Part shown: positions 24,227 to 37,959 of the stretch, piece by piece
How positions within the stretch are numbered: the stretch's first letter is position 1
Layout of the letters: each line of letters begins with the position of its first letter
Source: Gnetum montanum
Taxonomy: Eukaryota > Plantae > Gnetophyta
Assembly (NCBI GenBank): GCA_015680685.1
Contig: MNCI01000651.1
Location: 1,541,832 to 1,605,831 of the forward strand
Length of the DNA stretch: 64,000 bases
Reading direction: 5' to 3'
Position numbers and translations under genes: made by a program
Notes under the pieces: model-generated
What the model saw: only the letters and a program-made list of their open reading frames with translations
Told to the model about the DNA's origin: nothing
Databases searched by the model: none

Positions 24227-25059
24227 CTGAGACTTTGCATCTTGAAAAGGTACTTAAAACTTTGGTTTGCACTTGTCTTTTGTAGCACTTCTAATGGTCG
24301 AGAAATTAGAATGCATTTCAGAAATATCTGTGGCAAGAAAAGAACCAAGGATTTTAGTTTTAAAAAAACAAGACGAGATTGTTTATCACAATTATAATTC
24401 GAAACTGAGATTTACAGTTCTTATGCTATTAAAAAATCATCTGCTGGCTTACATGTATTATAGAGATGGCGGTAGATGATTCATAGTGGTAGCGATTACA
24501 GAATATCTTTCTAAACAATCTTAGCCTGATTTTTCCTATGATTGCAAGTCTTCAGCTCTGAACCCGACAGATTTTTCTCTTCTCATTAACCCTCAACAAC
24601 TTGGATGACACCACTCTACGTTTTCTGCTCTTTGCCTTGCATCATGACTATATAGCAAATCTTTACAATGGGTCATAGTCGACCGGCAAAGCCACCACAG
24701 GATCACAACTTGATTGCAAATGGGCTGTAACTTGTTCACGACCTGCAATGAGGACAGTGATATCTGTTGTTTGCCTCTATTACTGTCTGACAATCAGGCA
24801 GGTTGCGATGGACCCCCAATGAAAAAAAACCTTTAAAAAAACATTCGAAACTTTCCAGGTTCAAGGGGCATTGAATTCTTGATGATTGCAAAATATTGCA
24901 GGACTTTCATTCTAATTTCAATGAACCAGGCAACGTATATGTTCCCCAAACCCCCATAGGCAGGGCCATCATGAAGCCCATCAGCTTCTTAAGGATCTCA
25001 AGCATAATGAAGACCCTCATAGCCAGAGAGCATTTCATCACATAACGGAGGAAGATAAA

Positions 25060-25990
25060 ACAAAAACTACAGAACTTTAGCTCACTTGCTGAATTGAAAC
25101 AACCAATTTCAAAAAAGCAATAAAATATCCCATGTGACAAGTTGCAAATGAATGTGCAAGGAGTATGAAACATTGAAGGAAAAATGGCACATGGAAATTA
25201 GTTGCCTTTCCATTTGACAAGAAAGTGCTAAGAAACAAATGGGTCTTCCAAGAACAATTACACTTGGATGAAACACTTCACAAGCGAGGTTGGTTGTCAA
25301 AGGATTTGTGCAAAAGCATGGCATTAACTACAAAGAAGTTTTTACACTAATAGCTAAATGGCATAGAATTCAAACTATTGTTGCATTGGCTCCATAAAAA
25401 GGATGGAAGAAACATCAACTTGAAGTAAAGATTGCATTCCTTAAGAGAGATCTAAAGAAGGAGATCTACATGTCTCAGCCAAAAGGATTTGAAAGTAAAG
25501 GACAAGAGTAAAAGGTGTGCAAACTGAAGAAGTTATTATATGGCCTAAAGTAGGTACCTCGTGCTTGGCATACTAAGTTGAAAGAGAGCTTAGTAAGTGT
25601 GGGCTTTCAAGTGTGTGACTACTAGGATGTGGATGCAACATTGTTCATCAAACACTCAAATGGTAGATACATATCTCTTTGTATAAGTAGATGACATCCT
25701 GATCACAGGCAACGGTGAAACAAGCATTAGAGAGATGAAGAGGAACTTGCCAAAGAATTTGAAATCACTAATCTAGGGTTGATAAGACATTACCTGGATA
25801 TTAAAGTACTTTAGGAGAAGAACAAAATCATACTCAAGTAGGCAAATTACGTTAATGATCATTTGAAGAAATTTAAAATAAATGAAGCTGAAACAATCTA
25901 ACTCCAATGAAACAAAATCTAAGACTAAAAGGTGACAAGGACTCTCTGGATGCAGATGAAACAGTATACCAAAAGATTGTTAGAAGCTTG
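25060..25990 (+). mobile_element. Ty1/copia reverse transcriptase remnant
   Basis: ARLVVKGFVQKHGINYKEVF, HQLEVKIAFL, EIYMSQPKGF, VCKLKKLLYGLK*VPRAW, VDDILITG. Confidence 0.9.
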
Positions 25991-26072
25991 ACATTACAAC
26001 TTAAAATGACTAATAACGTTATGCTGTCTATGAGTGATGTTCCTGTGTATCTTATACATTCTAATGTTTTTT

Positions 26073-29000
26073 CTTTTTTTTTTTTCTTTTTTGAGAATGT
26101 TCGGGTTCTCTACTAATAAGAAAGATAGTAATAAAGCACTATATACATCATCCCTAGCAAACCAAAGCCAAGGAACAGCTGATAAAACACCCCCTCCCAA
26201 CACCCAAAATCGGGTGTGAAAAAATCCTCGACCACCAGAAAACATAAGAAGATGAAACAAAGTAGCATAACACAGTAGGGGCCTCCATCAAAAACAAGAG
26301 AGCTAACCTCTTCAAACCCCGCACCCCCAAACCACAAAAAGCAAAATGGAGGTGTCAGATCAATAGATCTGTATCAGCAGCCCCCCAAATCCTAACTGCA
26401 AAACCACATAACAACAAAGCCAAAGAAGTCCCTCTCCTGAGCATGGATAGCATCTAGGACTGCCCTATGCCTCTCAAAGTCCACAAACACCACTGCCTCC
26501 TAAAAGTTCTTGAATGTTTGTTCCTTCCTCATGCACTCCTCTGTGATTCCTTCTCCATCTAGGTGCACATCCCATCCTCTATGCCTGATGTGTCTACAAA
26601 GTGCATGCTAAGAGGTATTGTGCCCTATGTCCATAATGACATACAAGCACCGTCCCCACGACAGCCATGATCTAACACTCTATTCATGAGCCCGATCTAA
26701 CTAATGTTGGATCAAGGTAGCCTCCTCCTCCCTTGCCCTCCTCTCCTGCTCTTCCTTCTCCCTCAACTCCTGGATTCACACCTTCTCTTGGAGCTATGCC
26801 CTCAAGCTCTCCCGCAACTCCACCTCAAGAGCCTCCTTGGCTGCCACCTTAGCCAAATCTCTCCGCTGCCGCTCTTCCCACGCCTCTTCCCTATATCAGT
26901 GCTCGGCCTCCTCCAACTAGAACTGGAACTCTTCCTCACATGCAGCCCCTCAATTCTGCCAAATAGCCTGCTCCTCCTCCCATGCACAGTGAGTCGTCGC
27001 CACTCTTCCCACGCCTCTTCCCTATATCGGTGCTCGGCCTCCTCCAACTAGCACTAGAATTCTTCCTCATGTGCAACCCATCGGTTCTACCAAACAGCCT
27101 AGTCATCCTCCCATGCACAATGAGCCGCCACCTCCACAGCCTCAGCCAAGAGTTGTCCATGCATATTGAAGAAAGATCCTCAGCACACCTCGACAGCAAC
27201 CCCAACCCCCCCAAAACAAAACCTCCCCACCCCTCGCAAGCTCCCTTTGCTCCTCCCTCCCAATCTCCCCTAGGGGGGGGGGGGGGGGGGGGGGGGGGGG
27301 TGCAGGGGGGTGGCAATAACTGCTAGCTAGACACCCTCTTCATCCAGCACATCCAAATCTACCTCCAAGCCAACCCCAATTTCATCCTCCTCCGAATCAC
27401 TTATCAAATCGACCACAAATGGCAACTCATAGCATGATCATCTGCGTCCATAAACCATCCAGACGAGGATCCCAGCAACTGGGGGAGGAGCCCCTGACCT
27501 CAACACCCTCCACAAAGCTAGAATCAATCTCGAGTGCCAACCTCAATGCTGTCTCCGCAATGTATCCAAGAAAAAGTGGGGTAGATTGACCATGCAGCCA
27601 AGCCGCAAGCAACACATAAAAGTAAAGTGCAGCCCCTGCAACTTCGAGATGTTGTCGGACTACACAAAAAAGCACTCTGTCAACTCCACCGTGTCCTACC
27701 AAAGTTCATAGAGCACCAACTTCAACACCTAGCCACTCCCAGTCTTAGGAACTAGCCCTGGAAAAAAAACAGCCGCATCCTATAACCCACGCCCCCTTGG
27801 GGAAATCACCTTACCCCCAGCCAACACCCCCAGCAGGCCCATAATGGAATCCTCCATGAGCATGATTTGTACCCCCCGGAACAACGTGACATCCCCCATC
27901 CAATTTGCAAAGAAAGCCTCATATGCCAAGTCTGACTCCCCCTAAAGAAGAGGAAGCAAGTCAGCCCATCCCACGTGACTCACCATTCACCATTCCCCAA
28001 AGCATCGAGTTGGCCCAATACCCGTCACAAGCAGATTCAAACTTAAGGGTCAACCCCATGGCAGCATGCACCTTAGCCCACAATTAAATGCCCTAAACAA
28101 CTATCTAAGCCAACGACAGCAACGGTTGTCCCCGGAAAATACGACAATTCCATGTTTTCCATAGCACCCATAGAATTGCCACTGCCTTCGAATCTCCGTT
28201 AAATTTCAAATCTTGACAAAGATTCACTGCCCAAATAACCTGGCACATAAACTCACAATTGTATATAAAATGTCGAACCAACTCAACGGTGGCCATGCAA
28301 AGAGGACACGTGGCTACCACATTTACCCACCACCACACAAGCACAACTTTCACCAGAAAAGCTAAATGATGAATCAACCAAATAAAAGCTTTTATTTTTT
28401 CGGGAAGTTTCCCCTTCCACAACCCCCGCCAATCACACACCGCTAGGTATTTGTGCCTAATTAGCTGCTACGGGGAGGTGCCCAGCAACCCCAATTGCAT
28501 CATAATTCTAGCATGCCTACACATTGCCTTCCAACCCATCCTCCCACCCCTGGTACTTACCTTCTACCATACTTAGCCATTGCACTTGATGAGGACCTAG
28601 CCTAATCAATTTATTTACCAAGTTATGATACCCCATGTCAATTATGTCCTAGAACTTGAGAACTCCCAAGACTCCAGTGTTCTTTGAACAGGTGACAACA
28701 TCCCACCTTAGCAAATGCAACCTATTCCCCCCTTTTCCCCCAAACCAAGTGAAATTACGTATAATCTGATCAATTTGCTCAATGATACCACTCAGAGGAA
28801 AAGCAACATAGGCCACATACCTAGCCATGGCAAATAACACTGTTGTAGCAAGCAAAGCCCTCCCACCTAGGTAAGAAACCATCATGTCCAATGATTAACA
28901 TGTTTCTGTAGCCATTGTAAAAGGCCACACCAAGCCTGTCGCCTATGCCAATCGTACATCGGAAGATCCAAGTACGAATCCTCCTACGATCCAGGTAAAA

Positions 29001-32000
29001 CCCCCAACTGTTGCATGATCAACCCCTTAACCCTAACATTGGTGTTCAACAAGTGAATTGCAGACTTGCCTCTATTAATTTCCAACCCAATCTCCTCTGT
29101 CACACGCTTCAACACCTAATTGACCACCATCACCTAGGGGACCATAGCCCAAAAGAAAAGAATTTTGTCATTTGCATAGTGTTCAACCAGGCACCTAACA
29201 CCCGCAATATCCAACCCCCTTAGCCCCTCCATTTCACAGTATGCTTGCATAGTATCCATGACCAAAATGAAAAGGTAAGGCAACAGGGGGTCTCCCTGTC
29301 TTAACCCCCTACCCGGAGAAGAGAACCCCCACAGCTTTGCATCAAGATCTACAGAAAAAGCCCCCAATGATTGAATATATATGCATAGCTTTACAAAATC
29401 TTGGTGGAAGCCTTTCCTTAACATGATTGCCTGCAACGCCTCCCAAGACATGGTATCATAGGCTTTAGAAATATATAATTTAAGACACATACCCAGATAC
29501 CTGGATAGCCTCAAAGAATGCATAACATCCTACACCAACAAAACATGGTCTTGAATGTACCTTCCCTATATAAAACCCACCTAGTTGGGTCCTACCAGCT
29601 GTGGCATAAGAGGCCCCAACCTCGCCACCAGCATCTTTGGGAAAAAACGGAGAAAAGTGTTACAAACCCCAATCGGCCAGAAATGTGAAGGATCTGTTGG
29701 GCTAGTAGACTTTGGTATAAGCACAATTTAAGAGCAATTAATTTCCTTGCACACTTTTTTGCCACATCAACATAGCATTGAACGCGTCCAAGATATTCTC
29801 CCCAAGAATGTCAATGAAAGCTCTAAAAAATTCCATCGGCCACCCATCCAACCCTAGCACCCTACCTAGCTTTATCGAACACAAAGCCTCTTCCAACTCC
29901 AACTTGGTGAATGGGGCTAAAAGACGATGGTTGTCCTCCTCGTGTAGGACAAGATCAATAGAAATCAACAATGGACTCACCAACTTCCTTGTCTAGATAT
30001 TGGACTAGAAGTCCATCAAAACCTGAGGAACCTGCTAACTTCCAATGATTTCCTGTCCTTGAAGGGTGAGGCTGTGGATCTTCTTGGATAGATTCGCTGA
30101 TGTGGTAGCTGCAAAGAAAAAACATGTGTTCCAATCCCCGTCTTTCAACCACCATGCCTAACCCCATTGTCTCCAATAAGTCTCAACCTCCCTATCCACA
30201 GCTTGAAGGTGAGCTAAAACCTCACATTCCGCCTTGTTCAAATCCTTACCAAATTCCTACTCGCTTGTATCTCTGCTAGCCATTGCATGAGCCTCCCCCG
30301 AACAAATCTGAACGAGTACTTATCCTCAACACTGAGCCCCCTCAAGGCTTGCTTGAGCTGACCCAGTCCCTACTTCAGAAACTCCCGAGGTTCCATCTTT
30401 CGTGAATATGACCCCCAAATACTCTCCACCAAAGGTTGTAGCCAAGGTTTATGGATCCAATAGCATTTGAAATGAAAAGGATCACCTTTCCCCAGAGATA
30501 CATCCCCCACACAGCACAAAATTGATCGATGGTTAGACATCACACATTCTTGTCCTATAGCCATCACCCCCCTCATCATGAGGACATGGAAGCTTACCCA
30601 AACACAATCAATCTTAGTCATGATCTGGTCACTCCTCTTCCATCTATTACTCCAAGTGAACTAACATCCACGTATCTCCAGGTCAACAAGATCATGAGTT
30701 TCAAGGAATTGCAAGAACTCCTAAGTTTCAAGGGGATCCTAAGCTCCCCCATCAGACTTCTCCCATCCATATAGCCATTGATTGAAATCCCCTACTATAA
30801 TCCATCATCTCTAGTCCCGAACCAGAGAAGCAATCCTTTGGAGCTCCTACAACCATTCTTCCCAATGTTGAGCGCCATAGAAATTCGTGATCTAGATTCC
30901 AAAATCCAAGAGCAACACCGTAAGCCTCCATGTGGAGCAATCAACAACCTCAAAACGCCCACGTAGAGTAGAGCAAGTCCTCCAGCTTGTCTGCAACAAG
31001 CAACAAGCTAAACTTGCCACCCTAGCCACCTGAGCCAATGGGCCTCCTGCTGCTAAAGTTTGATCTCCTACAAGCAAACAACATCACATTTCTCCCTATT
31101 TATGATTTCTTTAAGGGTATTTCGTTTATAGGAGGTACCCTATCCCCTGCAGTTCCATGAGAGGATCCTCATGTCCTACTCACTGCGCATTTCTTGTAAA
31201 CCTCCTTGAGGATGGGATGAACCCCCAAGTCGACCTCCAACTGTGTCTTTTTGGCTTGGGACATAGTGCCCAATGGACATCCCACCTTGCTCATGTCAGG
31301 GGAAACCAGGAAGGGTCCTTCAGGTGCAACAACCCCCCCCCCCCCCCCCAAAAAGCAATCTCTTCCAAGGGGGATAAGGAACCCCCTGACCACCGAAACC
31401 CAACTACCAAGAGGGGAGGACTCCCACCTAGACCCTCAACCAACACTTACTAGCAACCACAAGCCACCCTTGATGGGCAAACCCAAGGATCCCAACAATC
31501 CTAGTGAGCTCGACGACCCAGGCAAAATCGACAATCTTGGCAACCTTAGCAGACTTCCCCCCAAAACCCCTTGCAAGTTCTGCTCCTCAGCTGAGTCACC
31601 CTCCTTGGTCTCAACCACCATCACTTGCCCAGCAACCCCCTATGTGCTTGGTCCTAGGGCACCTGCCCATACAAGACCCAAACCTTGCACTAGCCCCCTG
31701 GGCCCCAAGGTCCCAACCCCTAAGGGGCCCATGCCCTGACCCTACACCCAAGGAAACCTTCCCTTCCTGGTCACAACTGTCCAGTCTACACACCCCCACC
31801 CCTTCTTTGGGCCTAGTACCTTCTGACCAATCCTGCAATCTACAATTTGGTGCCCAACTTTGCCACAGGTCTCACAATGTCGAGTCGAAGTAGGCTTCTT
31901 GGCTGCCTGAGTGTTTGTGCCCACATTTTCATATTCGACTGTTACCCTCTCCTCTCCCGAGAGGAGGTCAATGACAACCTCTTTAACCAATTCCGCTAGC

Positions 32001-32849
32001 GACAACAACCTCCATAGAGAATCTTGCAAAACCCATCCTTTCTAAAGAACCAATAACCCGGTCAAAAGAGATAAATTCCCCAAAGAACCCAGCTAGGGTT
32101 CTAAGAAATTCTGTTGTCTAGAACTCCCATGGAATCCCGAAAACCCGGATCCACACAGAAGCCCTTGAAAACAAATTCAGGTCCTGTTAAGCTCCTGACT
32201 ACCAATGAGTCAGGGCCAAACCCTGTGCCCCAAAGAACCAAGGGCCACCCATCACCCTAACCCTATCCATCACCGACTAAACCTTGTGCCCCAAAGAACC
32301 AGGGACCACCCATCAAGACCCTAATCCTATCCATCACTGACTGAAAAATAAATAAGAAGAGACCCTCCAAAAGGCTACACACCTTCATGGGGCAGAAACC
32401 CCAATGCACAATGACCCATTTCTTAACTAGGTCTAAACTAGGGGGTGCCCCCACCAAAACAAACTTACCAATAAGGCTCAACTCCACCGTCCTCGAGCCC
32501 TCACCGGAAAGGCCCTTCATACGAAGCCGTAACGAGCCATCTGCCCGCAGACATTCCTCCACACATCCATCCCCAAGGTGCCAAGAACCCCCCATCCAAG
32601 CATCCTCATCGCCACCATCGCCAAACCCCGCTTGCAGTCCCCTAGAGCGGCCCCCCCCCCCGGGACAACATCCTCCCCTGCCGACCCTTCTGACCCACTG
32701 CTTGTGTTGCGAAATGCCCTACCTACACTGCAACCACCATTCATGTAAGCGCCCTCCACCCCATCCGTGCCTATGCCACTAGCACCATCCATCCTACCAC
32801 TACTCCCTGCATGCCCCACGTTCCCACCCATCTTCCCTCCAAAGTCCTC
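26073..32849 (-). mobile_element. Full-length L1-clade LINE copy C (degenerate) with 17-bp TSD and extended ORF2
   Basis: TSD ACATTCTAATGTTTTTT at 26056-26072 and 32850-32866; poly(A) on minus at 26073-26092; ORF1 DUF4283-like plus CCHC knuckle (CETCGKVGHQIVDC); EN (TKIDCVW, SNHRSI); RT (KAYD, GLRQGDPL, YAND); zf-RVT 28105-28440; extension with J-domain ~26400-26650. Confidence 0.95.
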
Positions 32850-33701
32850 ACATTCTAATGTTTTTTGGTTGGCATGTTCCATGTTAATTCTTGATGTCCT
32901 TATGTGGGCCAATTTCTAGTAGGTGTTAAGTGGTTCAATGTAGATTTCATTGTTAATATTTTTAAATGTTAGTGATGTTATTTTTAATTTTTTGAATATG
33001 CTCAAGCTATTGAAACATGTATTTTTGGGGGAGGATGCTAATAAATAAGTAATTATTTATTTTATTTTATTTTATTAAAAAATCAATTTCAAAACGATGT
33101 CCAACCCAAACCCTACATGTTTTCCCATAAATAACCTACTGCTAAGGCGTTGTTGTGACATTGATCACTAGTAGGATAGTGTACAACAACATGCACCAAT
33201 GGAGTAGCCATTGACCTACTAGGTGCCTACCTTAGTGATCTGGGTGAAAACTCAAGCACCAATGAATTAGAGCCCAAATTGAGGTTGCTCATGGATGGTT
33301 ATTCATTCAAGAAATTGTCGAAGTACTACTATTGCTCTATTGCTAATCAACTTGCTACCTTTTCACTATTTTGTTTGCTTGCAAATCTCCAAAACCCTAT
33401 AGGTAAAAAGGGGTTTTCCCTTACTAAGATTTGCATTTCATTTCATTTTGTTTCTTTGACCAAATCTCATTTATCGAGGACGAACCCTGTCCATAAGGAA
33501 CAATGTGCACTAGTGATGAATCTAATGGACAGAAACTTGTTAGATGGAAAGTGATCCAATGTTCTTTCTACATGTACTTCATTATGACCCTAAGAATATT
33601 TGTTCTTATCCCCTCAATCCAACTAGTCATTTATATCCATATGACATCTACATAGGCATCACAATTTCGTATACCTTTCTTAACAATCTTTCTATAAATA
33701 T

Positions 33702-34573
33702 TGTTGTTTCATTTTGATAAGAAGCTGCCTCAGCAGACCCTAAAAGGACCCATTCCACAACCTTTACAAGCAAAAATACCTTTGAAAATAAAAACACAAG
33801 GGAATAGAGAAACTCACCCTTTATTAAACCACTCTCAATACATCGATAATGAGGAGCCAAGCTCAACTCAAACCTTCCAATCATCTTAGAGGCTACACAT
33901 GTCCCCTCTCAATCCCTCAATTGCTCACACTTGGAGTCAAAGCTCAAGACAAGGACACTCATAAGAGATTCCCTGAACCTCTCCCAAGTGCCTCACTCTT
34001 GCCTCTCACTCAGTTGAACACAATTGTCCTATTACAAGATCTCCCTCACTTGCACTCTTCTCTTACCTCCCTTCTCTCCTACTCAAACATAGGCCTTTGA
34101 TGCCTATTTATACTTTCTTGAGTGACCTTTTGTCTCCCCTTATGCCCAAAAATACAAATTAATGTCCATTGCAATCCGCCAACAAAAACATCTCATCACC
34201 AAATAAAACATCTTTGATGAAAAGGAAATGCCTTTCCTAAGAGTAGAGAGGTGCAGAGAAGACGTCTTCTGACCAAGAGGTCAGCTTGCATAGAAAGCAT
34301 CTTTCCAACAAAGAAGACATCTTTCACTAGAACAAGATGTCTTTCAAGCCAAGAAGTTGTTTTTCAAGCCAAGAGGATGTCTTTTTTGGTAGTATCCCAA
34401 ACAATGAGATGTCTCTACTAAAGACTCAAACACCTCAAACAAGTTCCTTTTGGGTCCAAAAAACCTAAACACATCCCAAACATGCTAAAACAACAAAAAA
34501 AAAAACACACACAACATAGAACATACAAACATTTGAAGATTGACACTTTGGGCTAGGTAATGTCCTCATAACA
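33702..34573. mobile_element. Solo LTR-like element
   Basis: TGTTG...TAACA termini; AGATGTCT/AGACATCT sub-repeats typical of the other LTRs in the window; homologous to 14932-15400; no clean TSD. Confidence 0.6.
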
Positions 34574-35399
34574 TTTTACCTAAAATTCCACCACATCCTT
34601 TCTTCATGTTCTTATTATTATAGTCCCTTATGGCTAAGCCTATTATATTGAGTTCAAATACTATCTTCATAAATGACTTAAACATTATTAAAGTTATGAA
34701 CTTTGCTTTTTTTAACATAAAGAATTCTATTTGTCATGTTCATTATGTTGATGTAATTCACCATATGTTCATCCTTAATGTTAAAAAATTTGTTTTCTAC
34801 TGAAAGCTTATAAATATTTGCAAACTCAAAGAATTACATTTCCCATTTCATTTCTTTCTCCAACCCAATGTCTTTAAAGAATACTCCTTCATTTACTCTC
34901 ACTTATCCAATATGTCAATTAAAATATTCTCCAAAAAAAAATGTCTTCTTGATATTGAATATCTTGCAATTGTTCATATAGTGGATCCCCAAAAGATCTT
35001 AATTTTATCATACTATTAAATTTCTAGTGCATTTAAACTTATGATGTTAATTACCACTGTGTAACTTGCATATTGGTCCTAGTGTTATTTTAAAGTAAGA
35101 AAAAACTTTAAAAATCAATTTAAGTTTTATTGTTAGTTCTTAAATTAGATAATTATGTAACAGAACTTTTATGTAACCTTGGTAGATGCTTAGGGTTCCA
35201 AGTAATTTATAGCTATGCTCCAATTTTTATAAACTACTTATAATTTATAGCTGTAATTTATAGCTTGTGCAAAAAATTATTCGTTCTACACATTTACGAA
35301 GGACTCGTGGCATTGTTTTAAAACATGATACATGATACCTTAAACACATATGATACTATAAATTAGAATTATATGGCAGCAGTACTCAAGAAGACAGCC

Positions 35400-36400
35400 T
35401 TTCCAAAGCATTGGATCCACAAATTAGTAAGGTGTTACCAACAATCCTGATTTGCTATTTTACTTAATGGAACTAGGTATGTTGATTGTTCTAACTCCAA
35501 TAAATTGTGACAAAATGATTCGGTGTTACCCTTTTTATTCATCTTGGCTATAGAAGATGTTAGTTCCTATATAAGAAAACTAAACTTTCGAGGGGATATT
35601 AAAAGCATACAACCAGCTTTGCATTGTCCATTTTACACTCACTCACAATTCGTGGATAACACCTTATTCTTACACAAGGATGAAAAATATGTTGAGCAAC
35701 TTCATTTGGCTATATTGGAGTTTTTGTCAGCTTTCAGGTTATAGATAAATTTATCCAAGAGTAAGTTTTTCAATTTTGGAATAAAGAAGGAATGCTTCCA
35801 AGAGTGAAGTTAGTTACTAGAATGTCAAATTGAAACTTTGCCTACCATTTATCTAGGTATGTCTATTTTAAAAGGCCACATGATGCAAAATTTATGATCA
35901 TGTGTTTGTGAAAAGGTGGATAAAAAATTAGATGGGTGGAAGTCTAAGCTCTTGTCACATGCAGGTTGCCTACAACTTATTAGATCTAGTTTGCAAGCTT
36001 TACCCTTGTACTATCTTTCTTATTTTAAGTGTCCAAGAGAAAGTCTACAATAGATTTAGAAAAAAGAAAGAAAGAAAGGACTTATATAGGGTCTGATCAC
36101 TTGAAGAAGTCTCTTCACTATTTTGGATGGGATCAAATTTGTTAATTGTGGACAACTAGGAAATACACCGTGCAACATCTTGAGGACATTAATACTATTC
36201 TTCTAGACAAGATTGCATGAAAAATTTGTAAAACAAACAAGTTGTGGGTTTAGGAGATGAAGATGAAATATTTATAGACAATATAATTTTTTGAATACTC
36301 ACATTATTACAAATCTATCCCCAACTTGAAAAGGCCTTCAAGCTATAAAACCTTGATTTTTCCAATATGACTCTTTCCAAAGTAATGTTTGGAAGTGGAA
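35400..36400 (+). mobile_element. Old AT-rich L1 LINE RT remnant (different family)
   Basis: LPFLFILAIE, HSQFVDNTLFL, YLGMSI, KLDGWKSKLLSHAGCLQLIRSSLQALP. Confidence 0.8.
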
Positions 36401-37255
36401 TACAACATCAATCTATCAATTACAAAATGTTTCTTAAACATTAAGGGAGCTACAACATGATGTATTTTCATTTTTTTCAGTAACAAGATTTACACCACTC
36501 ATCTAAGATTATTTATAGTAAAAGCTATCATGTAAACACTACCAACCATGGATTATCTTTACAACCAAGGTATTATATAAAATAATAATTGCATTTTTTA
36601 CTCACAAGTACCAAAGCCACTAAATCATATATCCTATCAATGTCCTTTTGTGATTTCATTATGACAACATTTGCAACCAGCCTCAGGACATGCTCAGCCA
36701 TAGTCATAAAATATAGTTGATTTCATTAAGGCATTGCACCAAATAGAACTAAATAAGGATAGGGCTAAAGTTTGAGACGCCTTACCATGGTGTGTTTAGT
36801 ATACATTATAGGAAGAAAGAAACACAGTTTTTTCAGCACATGCAATGTTGCCCAAAATCAATGTGGACAAAAGCCTTAATGTTGTGACAAGACCTAGCAT
36901 GCTATAGAACAAATTTTCAATGGCAAACCAATGGCGAATCTATTTCCTAGACTAATTCTATTTTGTACTATGTTTCATAAGTTGGCATGTCTAACATTAT
37001 AAATGATATTCATTGTTCTTTGGAACATGTATCCAAAATTTGTACTATGATTTGTTGTTGTGACCCAGCCACTATAGATCCAGGGTTTGTTTGCTCAAAA
37101 AACAAGTTGCAAACTTATTTTTTAAAAAAATTGCATTATCTCAACTTACACGTTAATAAATCTAAGTAAAAAAGGAGGAAGCTTGACTAGTCCACACCCA
37201 TCTTTTTACATGTCTAAGTGGAGTTTCAATAGGACATAGTTTTGTGGAGCTGATT

Positions 37256-37420
37256 AAATCACAGACTACCTTTTTAATATTCTAAGATTCCAAATCACAA
37301 ATCATCTTAAATCATGTAAAACACATGATTATAAACATTAAAAACTAGATATTTTCTAGATTTTAGAATTCTGTGACATCTAGGATTGGCAGAATCCCAA
37401 TTTTGGTAGTACTGTGATTT
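37256..37420. mobile_element. MITE-like element
   Basis: Near-perfect terminal inverted repeats AAATCACAG-ACTACC / GGTAGTACTGTGATTT around a ~135-bp AT-rich core. Confidence 0.5.
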
Positions 37421-37959
37421 CAGCCGACCCAAAACAGCAATGTGTTTAATTGCAATCTGGAGTCAAGAATGATTCTAATCTGCTTCCTAAAACTCTACAA
37501 TAGGGTATGTAATTCATTTTCACTTTATTTCTTTTACCATCTAATTATGATTTGACCTTTAAAGTGATTTCTTTTCTGGATTCAAATAAAAATAACTACT
37601 TAAAAATGTGATTCCTGCACCTGGAAAGTTACAAAATATATAAGCAAGGAAATATTTTGTAAAGATAACTCAGGGAATTGCTTTAAATTATAAGGTTTGC
37701 TAAAATTTTAACTACAACGATAACAACACTAAAAGTTAATAACAAGATACCGGAAGGCTTATAAGTTCAAAGTTTCAAGGATGTGCGTAATTTCCATGCG
37801 TTGTCCACAAATTAAAAAATTACTAAGCAACTGCGTATTCATGTTGTCGATGTATAGCCAAACAAAACAAACTAAGCAACATTTAGCATCTACAGACCGA
37901 TAAAACTGCTTACCCCTTTGTTGAGGTTTCGTTTGAAGATGAAAGATGGCAAATAGAAA

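Noticed and set aside
24630-24691. Possible miRNA hairpin (CTTTGCC...GGCAAAG)
   Set aside because: The stem is short and asymmetric, with no ~21-nt duplex and no known miRNA sequence I recognise
26704-27326. Plus-strand Leu/Pro/Ser-rich ORFs here and at 23372-23743, 31251-31893 and 17229-17513
   Set aside because: Antisense shadows of purine-rich TE coding frames
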